A stretch of 11,622 bases of DNA, taken from the NCBI GenBank assembly GCA_028693335.1, contig JAQUVR010000008.1:1-11622 (forward strand), given 5' to 3'. The translations under genes and the position numbers were made by a program. Below, in pieces: positions 1-7,204 of the stretch (within the stretch, counting starts at the first letter, position 1; each line of letters opens with the position of its first letter). The notes beneath the pieces are model-generated. The model saw only the letters and a list, made by a program, of their open reading frames with translations. It did not search any database and was not told the DNA's origin. This DNA comes from Candidatus Iainarchaeum sp. GTDB taxonomy: Archaea; Iainarchaeota; Iainarchaeia; Iainarchaeales; CSSED10-239.

Positions 1-682
1 GAACAACTCTAAAATGTGCTGGTGTTCCAAGACCACCAGATTGTAATGGATCGTGTAATACATCTCCAAGTAATGCGCCTGCTTTTGCGCCGGTTGCATC
101 AATAAATGGAACTGTCTTGGTGTTTACATTGTTGATTAATATTTTTGGAATTAATACTTTCTCTTTTTGCATCATTTGCATACTTAAAGCAGTTGCAACC
201 ATAATAAATCCTGATAAAATCAACATAGCTGCAAATACAACATCAGGAATCCAACCAAGCCTCCAAAAAATAATTGCTAAAATTAACCAAGTGGTTGGTA
301 AAATAAATCCAATGAGTCTACTAGACCCCATAGATTTTGCAGCTTCGATTTTTGCATTGTCTATGATTTTTTTACCTTCACCTGCATTTACTTCTTTTAT
401 TATTGGCGTGTGGTTATCTTCATTATTTGGATAAACTAAGATATCAGTTAATTGATTTGTTGGAAGCATTTCAGCAAGAGACGCAGCAATCATTGATTTT
501 CCAGTTCCTGGAGCACCAATAAGCATTATGTGTCTTTTTTGTTTTGCTGCTTTTTTAATAATTTTTATTGCTTCTTCTTGTCCAACAACTTGATCTATCA
601 GCATTTTAGGAACTATTATTTGGCTAGTGTCTTTAAAATCCAATTCTTTTTCAATAATTTCTTGCTCTTTATTTGTTGACAT
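1..682 (-). CDS. lonB: ATP-dependent Lon protease, archaeal membrane-bound LonB type. Only the N-terminal 227 codons are present; the gene continues past the window start.
   Basis: Not on the supplied ORF track because it is edge-truncated. My reverse-complement translation from the ATG at 682-680 reads MSTNKEQEIIEKELDFKDTSQIIVPKMLIDQVVGQEEAIKIIKKAAKQKRHIMLIGAPGTGKSMIAASLAEMLPTNQLTDILVYPNNEDNHTPIIKEV... The Walker A motif GAPGTGKS lies at nt 494-517. Two hydrophobic helices (LIGFILPTTWLILAIIFW and VVFAAMLILSGFIMVATAL) are inserted in the AAA+ module, followed by GDVLHDPLQSGGLGTPAHFRVV. This arrangement and these motifs are characteristic of archaeal LonB. Confidence 0.85.
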   Translation of the reverse strand, partial: MSTNKEQEIIEKELDFKDTSQIIVPKMLIDQVVGQEEAIKIIKKAAKQKRHIMLIGAPGTGKSMIAASLAEMLPTNQLTDILVYPNNEDNHTPIIKEVNAGEGKKIIDNAKIEAAKSMGSSRLIGFILPTTWLILAIIFWRLGWIPDVVFAAMLILSGFIMVATALSMQMMQKEKVLIPKILINNVNTKTVPFIDATGAKAGALLGDVLHDPLQSGGLGTPAHFRVV

Positions 683-770
683 AGTTTATCTTTTTTTAAA
701 AATAGTTAATATATTAATAAATATTATATATAACCATTTTATTAAAAACATATTTATTATTAAGATATTT
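683..770. promoter_or_regulatory. Divergent promoter region between lonB and rnz, with candidate archaeal TATA boxes
   Basis: The 88-nt spacer is almost pure A/T. The perfect 12-bp palindrome TTAATATATTAA at 706-717 is centred about 30 nt upstream of the lonB ATG (682, minus strand). TTTTATTAAAA at 737-747 is centred about 29 nt upstream of the rnz ATG (771). Neither gene has a Shine-Dalgarno motif, which fits leaderless or short-leader archaeal transcripts. This is positional inference only. Confidence 0.35.
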
Positions 771-1694
771 ATGTCAAACAAAATAAAACTTATATTTTTA
801 GGAACGAGCGCTAGTCTTCCAACATCAAAAAAAAATTTAACAAGTGTATTAATTAATTATCAAGGTCAAAATCATCTGTTTGATTGTCCAGAAAATGTTC
901 AACAACAAATAATGAAAAGTAAGCAAAGCATAATGAAAATAAAAAATATTTTTATAACTCATTTTCATGGTGATCATTTTTTTGGAATCTTTGGTTTGTT
1001 GTCTACAATGAATCTTAATAATAGAGAAGAAGGATTAACTATTTATTTACCAGAAAAGAACAAACAAAATTTTTTAGATATATTAAACTCAGCTCAAATT
1101 AATTGTTCTTTTAATATTACTGTTGTTGGTATTAAAAAAGAGCAAATTATTTATTCAGATAAAAATTTAAATATAGAATCTGTTAAATTAGATCACACAA
1201 TTTCAACATTTGGTTTTATTTTTAAAATAAAAGATACCTTAGGAAAATTTAATAGAGAAAAAGCATTAAAGTTAAAAATTCCAGAAGGCCCATTATTTTC
1301 AAAATTATCAGAAGGGAAATCAATAAAAATCAATGGCAAAGTAATTACTCCTAATCAAGTCATTGATACCAAATTTAAAAAAATTGGTAAAAAGATTCTG
1401 TACTTAACTGACACAAAGATTATACCAGTCAACAAAAAACTATTAGATTCAGATATTTTGATACATGAATGTACTTTTGGAAAAGAAGAAGAAAAGAAAG
1501 CAAACTTAGTAAAACACTCCACATCTGTTGGTGTTGCTGGTTTTGCAAAAAAAATAAAAGCAAAACATTTATATTTAGTTCACATCTCAAGTAGATATCA
1601 AGAAACAGATAATATATTAACTGAATCAAGTAAACTTTTTAAAAATACAATGATTCCAAAAGACCTTGATACCTTAGAAATTGATGATTATTAA
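771..1694 (+). CDS. rnz: Ribonuclease Z (tRNA 3' endonuclease, short form, metallo-beta-lactamase fold), 307 aa
   Basis: This is track ORF 627..1694, but the homologous protein begins at the internal ATG 771 (codon 49): MSNKIKLIFLGTSASLPTSKKNLTSVLINYQGQNHLFDCPENVQQQI. It carries the HxHxDH motif ITHFHGDHFFGIFGLLSTM, the exosite-arm region PEGPLFSKLSEGKSIKINGKVITPNQV, and the C-terminal LIHECTF...HSTSV...YLVHISSRY, all typical of RNase Z. The 627-770 extension overlaps the lonB start and the promoter and is AT-driven hydrophobic filler. Confidence 0.85.
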   Translation: MSNKIKLIFLGTSASLPTSKKNLTSVLINYQGQNHLFDCPENVQQQIMKSKQSIMKIKNIFITHFHGDHFFGIFGLLSTMNLNNREEGLTIYLPEKNKQNFLDILNSAQINCSFNITVVGIKKEQIIYSDKNLNIESVKLDHTISTFGFIFKIKDTLGKFNREKALKLKIPEGPLFSKLSEGKSIKINGKVITPNQVIDTKFKKIGKKILYLTDTKIIPVNKKLLDSDILIHECTFGKEEEKKANLVKHSTSVGVAGFAKKIKAKHLYLVHISSRYQETDNILTESSKLFKNTMIPKDLDTLEIDDY

Positions 1695-1708
1695 AAAAGG
1701 TGATTTTA

Positions 1709-2353
1709 ATGAGAAGACCAAGACCAATGAAAATAAAAAATAGTGGATCTAGACAACCAAGTGTTGGTGGATTTATAAAAGATAAATATGCTAAATTAAA
1801 AGACGTAATTTCTAAAAGAAAAGAAAGATCACAAGAAAGAAAAGTACAAAAAAAATTTAGTAAATTTGATAAATTAAGAGAAATTCAGACAACTCAATTA
1901 GGAAAAACAATTCAAGTCACAGAAAGAGAAAAACTAGATTCTTTGTTAAAAAAACAAGTTGCATTATCAAATGAAATTAAAAGACTAAATGAAAGAAAAA
2001 AAGATATTGCTGCAATGGAATCTGCTGGTGGCAAAGGAAGAACAAGAAAATTTACTGCAGAGGAAATGGAGTTATTAAAAAAAAGACACGCTGCTGTTTA
2101 TGAAAGAGTTGTATCAGAATCAAATAGAATCAGATTTTTAATAGAACTAAATGCTCAAGAGAAATTAGTTAGAAACCTTAGTGAGAAAGAAATCGCGATC
2201 CACACAGATATAATAAATAGTTTAATGTCAAAATATAGAAAGAAAAAAATAAATGGTTTCGAATTAAATCAAATAATGACTCAAATATCAAAAAAACTTA
2301 CAAACACTAACGATTTAGTAACTGTTTTGAAGCAAATAAAAAAAGTTTATTAG
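1709..2353 (+). CDS. Hypothetical protein, highly basic (Lys/Arg/Glu-rich) with predicted coiled coil, 214 aa
   Basis: This is track ORF 1700..2353. I prefer the ATG at 1709 because the GTG at 1700 lies inside a strong Shine-Dalgarno match AGGTGAT (1698-1704), which sits 4 nt upstream of ATG 1709. The gene starts 14 nt after the rnz stop, so it is probably co-transcribed. Sequence: MRRPRPMKIKNSGSRQPSVGGFIKDKYAKLKD...LLKKQVALSNEIKRLNERKKDIAAME..., with heptad-like charged repeats. I recognise no family. Confidence 0.6.
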   Translation: MRRPRPMKIKNSGSRQPSVGGFIKDKYAKLKDVISKRKERSQERKVQKKFSKFDKLREIQTTQLGKTIQVTEREKLDSLLKKQVALSNEIKRLNERKKDIAAMESAGGKGRTRKFTAEEMELLKKRHAAVYERVVSESNRIRFLIELNAQEKLVRNLSEKEIAIHTDIINSLMSKYRKKKINGFELNQIMTQISKKLTNTNDLVTVLKQIKKVY

Positions 2354-2357
2354 GTAT

Positions 2358-3050
2358 TTATCTATAAACAAAACATTTTCCAGGATCTAAGATTACAGGA
2401 TTTACTGAAAATCTTAGATTACTTAATTTTTCTTTAAAATTATTTATGTTAACCTTAATATCTTCAAAGGTGTTATACTGCATAGGAATAACAACTTTTG
2501 GTTTTATTTTTTTTACTGCTTGAATTGCTGATCCAATATCCATTGTGTGTCTTCCACCAATTGGTAGAAAAGCAAGATCTGCAGACAGTTTATCATGTTC
2601 GTTTGTAAGGTTAGTGTCTCCTGCAAAATAAATTTTGTGTTCTTTTGTTTTTACTAAATAACTTAATGGATAAAAAGATGTTGGGTGATGTGCTGGATGA
2701 GCAATATATTCAATATTTTGAATAGTTTTTGACTCATATTCATCCATTGAAATCAAATTATTTTCTGAAGAATTTTCTATTTTATTCAATACACTTCTGT
2801 GAGCAATAATTTTTGGCTGATATTTTTTAATAAGATAATTTGTTGCTTCAAGATCACAATTATCTTGATGTTCATGGCTAATAAGTATAAAATCTATTTT
2901 TGGAATTGTTGTTATTTTTTGAGAACAACAAATCAATCTCTTGTAATTACAAAACAAATCATTACTAAAATAAGGATCTGTTAAAATATTTTTGCCATTA
3001 ACAGATAGTATAAAAGAAGAGTGTCCCAGATATTTAACTTTTATACACAT
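2358..3050 (-). CDS. Metallo-beta-lactamase-fold metal-dependent hydrolase (small UPF0173/Lactamase_B_3-like type), 230 aa
   Basis: Track ORF. The N-terminus MCIKVKYLGHSSFILSVNGKNILTDPYFS is typical of this family. The metal motif reads ILISHEHQDNCD (HxHxDN rather than HxHxDH, nt 2859-2876). Further ligand-like positions are HPAHHP, YFAGDT and LPIGGRHTMD. The gene converges on the preceding gene with only 4 nt between the two stop codons. Confidence 0.8.
   Translation of the reverse strand: MCIKVKYLGHSSFILSVNGKNILTDPYFSNDLFCNYKRLICCSQKITTIPKIDFILISHEHQDNCDLEATNYLIKKYQPKIIAHRSVLNKIENSSENNLISMDEYESKTIQNIEYIAHPAHHPTSFYPLSYLVKTKEHKIYFAGDTNLTNEHDKLSADLAFLPIGGRHTMDIGSAIQAVKKIKPKVVIPMQYNTFEDIKVNINNFKEKLSNLRFSVNPVILDPGKCFVYR
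2385..2435 (+). terminator. Possible hairpin plus T-run terminator for the 1709-2353 gene, embedded in the 3' coding end of the opposing MBL gene
   Basis: ATCTAAGAT (2385-2393) and ATCTTAGAT (2411-2419) form a perfect 9-bp inverted repeat with a 17-nt loop. They are followed by TTTTT (2427-2431) and TTT (2433-2435). An inverted repeat of this size can arise by chance in AT-rich DNA. Confidence 0.2.
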
Positions 3051-3184
3051 AATAATATTAGAACGAAATCTTATTTAAATTAATCTTTTTTAATAAATTA
3101 GTTATTTTCTCGTTTTAGGTGTTTTTTTAAATATTTACTACTACTATATATTTATATAAATCTAAAATTGAAATAAGAAAAATA
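3051..3184. promoter_or_regulatory. Divergent promoter region between the MBL hydrolase and the 3185 operon
   Basis: The consensus-like archaeal TATA box TTTATATA at 3151-3158 is centred about 30 nt upstream of ATG 3185, and there is no Shine-Dalgarno motif. On the other strand, TTTAAATA (plus-strand 3072-3079) lies about 25 nt upstream of the MBL ATG (3050). Confidence 0.4.
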
Positions 3185-3988
3185 ATGAATAAAATTAAAA
3201 CTATTTTAATTGCAATGATGTTTTTATTTTTAATAAATGTGGTTTATTCTGCAGAAGTTAAAAACTTTAATATATCAATAGAAATCATTTCTCCAACTTC
3301 TGCAAAAATTACAGAAAATTGGATGGTAGATGCAAAAGATGATGCTGATCTGATTTCTTTTAAAGAAAAGATACTTCAAGCAAATGTTGATCTTGTCCAA
3401 TTAGAAAAAATAGATCCTGATTTAAAACCACACATATATATTAATAAATTTTCTAAATTGACTGTTCAGTTTGATGAGATTAATTTAATTGTTAAGTTAG
3501 AATATTTAACAGACGATTTAATTTTAATAAAATATTTAGATTATAAAGATCAAATAATTTGGAAATTTAATGAAAACCTATTTAGACAATTTGTAGAAAG
3601 TGGGCTTTATCATATTCCAAAAGAATCAACCGCAAAAATCATTGTGAATTCGCCATTGTTAATTGGAGATGCTCTTCCAAAAGGAATTCAAGAAAACGGA
3701 ACGATTATTTGGACAGGTATTTCTACAAATGAATTAAGATTACTTGTAATTGAAAAAAAAATACCAATAGCAACATTTAATGTGTCAGATTTTTTTAATA
3801 CGGTTTATTTAAGGGGTACATTTTATTATGCCATGATGACTATTATTTTTTTAATATTAGTTTTGTTATTGTTTAAAAAAAAAGTAAGTAAAAACATAAA
3901 ATCTTTTGTAAGAAAACATTCAATAATAAAACCAAAAAAGCAAATAAATGATATATTAGATATTGATCTTATTAATAAAAAAGACTAA
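3185..3988 (+). CDS. Hypothetical secreted or surface protein with an N-terminal signal peptide and a C-terminal transmembrane anchor, 267 aa
   Basis: Track ORF. MNKIKTILIAMMFLFLINVVYSA/EVKN looks like a signal peptide. One C-terminal hydrophobic helix, YYAMMTIIFLILVLLLF, is followed by the basic tail KKKVSKNIKSFVRKH. Three N-x-S/T sequons (NIS, NGT, NVS) lie in the predicted external part. I recognise no family. Confidence 0.65.
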   Translation: MNKIKTILIAMMFLFLINVVYSAEVKNFNISIEIISPTSAKITENWMVDAKDDADLISFKEKILQANVDLVQLEKIDPDLKPHIYINKFSKLTVQFDEINLIVKLEYLTDDLILIKYLDYKDQIIWKFNENLFRQFVESGLYHIPKESTAKIIVNSPLLIGDALPKGIQENGTIIWTGISTNELRLLVIEKKIPIATFNVSDFFNTVYLRGTFYYAMMTIIFLILVLLLFKKKVSKNIKSFVRKHSIIKPKKQINDILDIDLINKKD

Positions 3989-4000
3989 AATTGAAAATCT

Positions 4001-5497
4001 ATGGAATTGAAGTTAAATAAAATAGATGCTGCTGTCTATGAGATTATTAAAGAAAAAAAGAACATTAATCTTGATGATCTAATCATAAGTCTAAATCCAC
4101 TTAATGAAGACTCAATAAGAAGATCTTTAGAAGTTTTAAAAAGAGAAGGACTAATTGATGAAAATATAAAAGTCACAAAAAAATATTCATTAGATAAAAA
4201 TGGTCTTTTGGCATTAAAAGATGGGTTTATTGAAGAATTATTTTGTAATTATTTGGCTGATAAAAAAATATCCATATCTGATTTATCAAAAATAGAAATT
4301 CCAAAAATTGACAAATCAGAGATTTCTTTAGCACTTGGAATTTCAAAAAAAAAAAATTTAATTTCAATTGTTGATGGAATTATTTTTGTGGATCAAGATT
4401 ATTTATCAAAAATTGCTATTGAAAAAAACATTCTAGAAAAAATAAATTCTAATCAAAGTGTTTTAAAAGAAGAAATTATTGATCTTTTAAAAAGAAAGGA
4501 TTTTATTATTGAAGAAGAAGTTTTATTTAAATCATATAAATTATTAGAAATAGTTTATTATGAGACAATCCAAGACAAGGAACTTTATTTAACCCCAGAT
4601 CAATTAAAAAGTGGAGATTATAAAAATTTAGACTATAAAGAATTTGATGTTGAGGTTTTACCAAAACCAAAAGAAATTGGTAGAATTCATCCATTACGAG
4701 TTGTAATGAATCAAATAAGAGATCTTTATTTAGAAATGGGGTTTAAGGAAATGAATGGTTCTTATGTCCAAACCAGTTTTTGGAATATGGATGCAATGTT
4801 TATTTCACAAGATCATCCTGCAAGAGATTCTCAAGATACTTTTTATTTAAAAGAAAGTGGATCTTTACCATTTGATGAAAAACTATTAGAAACAATTTCA
4901 GAAATTCACAAAAATGGTGGAGACACAGGATCTATTGGTTATCAGTATGATTGGTCTGAAAAATTAGCAAGGTCTTTAGTTTTAAGAACACACACAACAG
5001 CAGTTACTTTTAAGACATTCCATAACCTTTCTTTAGAAGAAAAAGAAACAAGCAAATATTTTTCAATAGGAAAAGTTTTTAGAAACGAAACCATAGATTC
5101 AACACATTTACCAGAATTTCATCAAGCAGAAGGTTTTGTTATTGGAAAAGATTTAGGACTAGCAGATCTTTTAGGATTTATTAAAGAGTTTTTTAATAAA
5201 CTAGGGATTAAAGAAATAAAATTTAAACCAACCTATAACCCATATACAGAACCAAGTGTTGAGGCATACTGTTATTTGAAAAAAGAAAAAAAATGGGTAG
5301 AAATAATTAATGCCGGAATATTTAGACCAGAAACGGTTTTTCCATTTCAAATAAATAATACTGTTATTGCATGGGGATTAGGTGTTGAAAGATTAGCGAT
5401 GTTATTATATGGTTGCGACTCTTTAAAAGAAATCCATGGTGATGAACCAAATCTTGATTGGTTAAGAACATATGTTTTACCAAGAAGAGAGTTATAA
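4001..5497 (+). CDS. pheS: Phenylalanine--tRNA ligase alpha subunit, archaeal/eukaryotic type, 498 aa
   Basis: Track ORF. The class II motifs are present: motif 1 region HPLRVVMNQIRDLYLEMGF, motif 2 GKVFRNETIDSTHLPEFHQAEG, and motif 3 GLGVERLAMLLYG. The long N-terminal winged-helix-like extension and the ~500 aa length match the archaeal alpha subunit. Confidence 0.95.
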   Translation: MELKLNKIDAAVYEIIKEKKNINLDDLIISLNPLNEDSIRRSLEVLKREGLIDENIKVTKKYSLDKNGLLALKDGFIEELFCNYLADKKISISDLSKIEIPKIDKSEISLALGISKKKNLISIVDGIIFVDQDYLSKIAIEKNILEKINSNQSVLKEEIIDLLKRKDFIIEEEVLFKSYKLLEIVYYETIQDKELYLTPDQLKSGDYKNLDYKEFDVEVLPKPKEIGRIHPLRVVMNQIRDLYLEMGFKEMNGSYVQTSFWNMDAMFISQDHPARDSQDTFYLKESGSLPFDEKLLETISEIHKNGGDTGSIGYQYDWSEKLARSLVLRTHTTAVTFKTFHNLSLEEKETSKYFSIGKVFRNETIDSTHLPEFHQAEGFVIGKDLGLADLLGFIKEFFNKLGIKEIKFKPTYNPYTEPSVEAYCYLKKEKKWVEIINAGIFRPETVFPFQINNTVIAWGLGVERLAMLLYGCDSLKEIHGDEPNLDWLRTYVLPRREL

Positions 5498-5515
5498 TTT
5501 TAAATTAAGATAAAA

Positions 5516-7183
5516 ATGGCAATATTAGATACAACTTTAGAATATATAAATAAAGAGTTAAAAAAAGAATTAGATATAGATTCATTAGATAAAATATTAT
5601 TTGATTTTGGTTTAGAAATAGAATCTTATAATAAAACAACTGATGAATTAAAAATAGACATTACTGCTGAAAGATCAGATCTATTGTCAGAAATTGGATT
5701 TATCAGAGCATTAAAAGCATATTTGGAAATATCTTCAGTAAATGAATATAAAGCAAAATCATCAACATATGTTTTAAATATAGAAAACTCAGTAAAACCA
5801 GTAAGACCATTTAGTGTTTGTGCAGTTATAAAAAATTTAACTTTAACTGATGATAAATTAAAACAAATTATTTGGGCCCAAGAAAAACTACACCTAACAC
5901 TTGGAAGAAAAAGATCTGTTGCCGCTATTGGTATTTATCCATTAGATAAAATAAATTTCCCAATAACCTTTCTTTCAAAACAACCAAAAGAAATATCATT
6001 TATTCCATTAGGTGAAACAGAATTATTTTCTGGAAAAGATATTTTAGAAAAGAATGAAACCGGTATTGCGTATGCATCACTTTTAGAAAATAAAGAAAGA
6101 TATCCTGTTTTTGTAGACTCTCTTGGAAAAACATTATCAATGCCACCAATAATTAATTCAGAAGATACTGGAAAAGTCACAACATCAACAAAAGATGTTT
6201 TTATTGAGTGCTCTGGTTTTAATTTAGCAAGACTTAATCAAATATTAAATATTGTTTGTTGTATGTTTGCTGATTTTGGTGGAGAAATTTATCAAGTAAC
6301 AATAAATTTTGGATCAGAATATTCTGAAAAAAAAATAATTACCCCGGTATTAGAATACAGAAAAAAAATAATCCCGATAAATGAATTAAATTCATTAATT
6401 TCCACAACATTAACAATTGATGAAATTGAAAAATTATTAATAAGAATGCAGTATACAATAAAAAAAATAAACAAAGAGAAAATTGAAGTTACAATACCGC
6501 CGTTTAGATGTGATGTAATGCACACAGTTGATGTTGCTGATGATCTTGCAAGAAGTTATGGTTTTAATAATATTAATTTTAAACAACCAAATATATCTAC
6601 AATTGGTGGGTTAACAAAAGAATCATTAGTTCAAAATAACATAATTAATGTTATGACTTTATTAGGATATACAGAAATTAGTCCATTTTCTTTATCAAAT
6701 AAAAAAGAATTATTTGAAAATTTTTTAATTCCAGTAAATAAAGATGCACTAGATTTAGGATATTCAAAAGATAAAAATTTAGATGTTATTGTTACTTGGT
6801 TATATCCAAAATTATTAAAGACATTAACCAATAATCAACACAGAGGATATCCACAAAAAATATTTTCTTGTAATTATGTTGTTATTAAGGACACAGAAGA
6901 AGAAAATAGATCTAAAAATAGATTAAAATTATCTGCAATGACTGCATCATCAAAAATATCTTACACACAAACAGTTTCAGATCTTTTAACTTTGTGTAAT
7001 GTTCTTGGACAAAAATTGGATTTAGAGAAAAAAAATTATCCATTTTATTTAAAAGACAGATCTGCAGAAATAATTATTGATGGTAAATCTGTTGGGCATG
7101 TTGGAGAAATAAATCCAGACGTTTTAGTAAATAATGACTATTTTGTGCCGGTTGTTGGTTTTGAAATAGAAATCTTGTTTTAA
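5516..7183 (+). CDS. pheT: Phenylalanine--tRNA ligase beta subunit, archaeal type, 555 aa
   Basis: Track ORF starting 18 nt downstream of pheS. It has a B3/4-type region (RPFSVCAVIKNL...LHLTLGRKRSVAAIGIYPLDKI...) and a B5-type region (IPPFRCDVMHTVDVADDLARSYGFNNI). The ~555 aa length and the adjacency to pheS fit the archaeal beta subunit. Confidence 0.9.
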   Translation: MAILDTTLEYINKELKKELDIDSLDKILFDFGLEIESYNKTTDELKIDITAERSDLLSEIGFIRALKAYLEISSVNEYKAKSSTYVLNIENSVKPVRPFSVCAVIKNLTLTDDKLKQIIWAQEKLHLTLGRKRSVAAIGIYPLDKINFPITFLSKQPKEISFIPLGETELFSGKDILEKNETGIAYASLLENKERYPVFVDSLGKTLSMPPIINSEDTGKVTTSTKDVFIECSGFNLARLNQILNIVCCMFADFGGEIYQVTINFGSEYSEKKIITPVLEYRKKIIPINELNSLISTTLTIDEIEKLLIRMQYTIKKINKEKIEVTIPPFRCDVMHTVDVADDLARSYGFNNINFKQPNISTIGGLTKESLVQNNIINVMTLLGYTEISPFSLSNKKELFENFLIPVNKDALDLGYSKDKNLDVIVTWLYPKLLKTLTNNQHRGYPQKIFSCNYVVIKDTEEENRSKNRLKLSAMTASSKISYTQTVSDLLTLCNVLGQKLDLEKKNYPFYLKDRSAEIIIDGKSVGHVGEINPDVLVNNDYFVPVVGFEIEILF

Positions 7184-7204
7184 AAAATAGAAGAGATGAA
7201 ATGA

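Noticed and set aside
117-434. 105-aa plus-strand ORF on the supplied track
   Set aside because: It lies entirely antisense to the well-supported lonB coding sequence (Walker A and TM-insert region). The protein is hydrophobic, low-complexity and typical of AT-rich antisense frames.
627-770. 48-codon N-terminal extension of the RNase Z ORF as drawn on the track
   Set aside because: It overlaps the lonB start codon and the divergent promoter. It translates to AT-driven Ile/Phe/Asn filler. RNase Z homology, including the conserved N-terminal beta-strand KLIFLGT, starts right after the ATG at 771.
1429-1629. 66-aa minus-strand ORF inside rnz
   Set aside because: It is antisense to a conserved region of RNase Z, has low-complexity Leu/Phe/Gln content and no start context.
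1700-1708. GTG start at 1700 for the coiled-coil protein
   Set aside because: The GTG is part of the AGGTGAT Shine-Dalgarno match. The ATG at 1709 is correctly spaced from it, so I moved the start.
2799-2984. 61-aa plus-strand ORF inside the MBL hydrolase gene
   Set aside because: It is antisense to the metal-motif region of a recognisable hydrolase and is Ile/Phe/Asn-rich filler.
771-3050. RNase Z, coiled-coil protein and MBL hydrolase as a functional three-gene RNA-processing module
   Set aside because: The MBL gene is on the opposite strand and convergent, so it is not co-transcribed, and MBL-fold proteins are very common. Adjacency alone is insufficient. Only the rnz-coiled-coil linkage is kept as a low-interest finding.
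4345-4356. A12 homopolymer inside pheS as a possible programmed frameshift or phase-variation site
   Set aside because: The run is read in frame as S-KKK-N, and the downstream protein keeps all class II motifs in the same frame. The window contains many A6-A8 runs, consistent with Lys-rich, AT-biased coding. There is no evidence of slippage.
5935-6831. Three minus-strand ORFs (5935..6180, 6292..6525, 6631..6831) inside pheT
   Set aside because: All are antisense to a conserved aaRS subunit. They are short, hydrophobic, and lack promoter or Shine-Dalgarno context.
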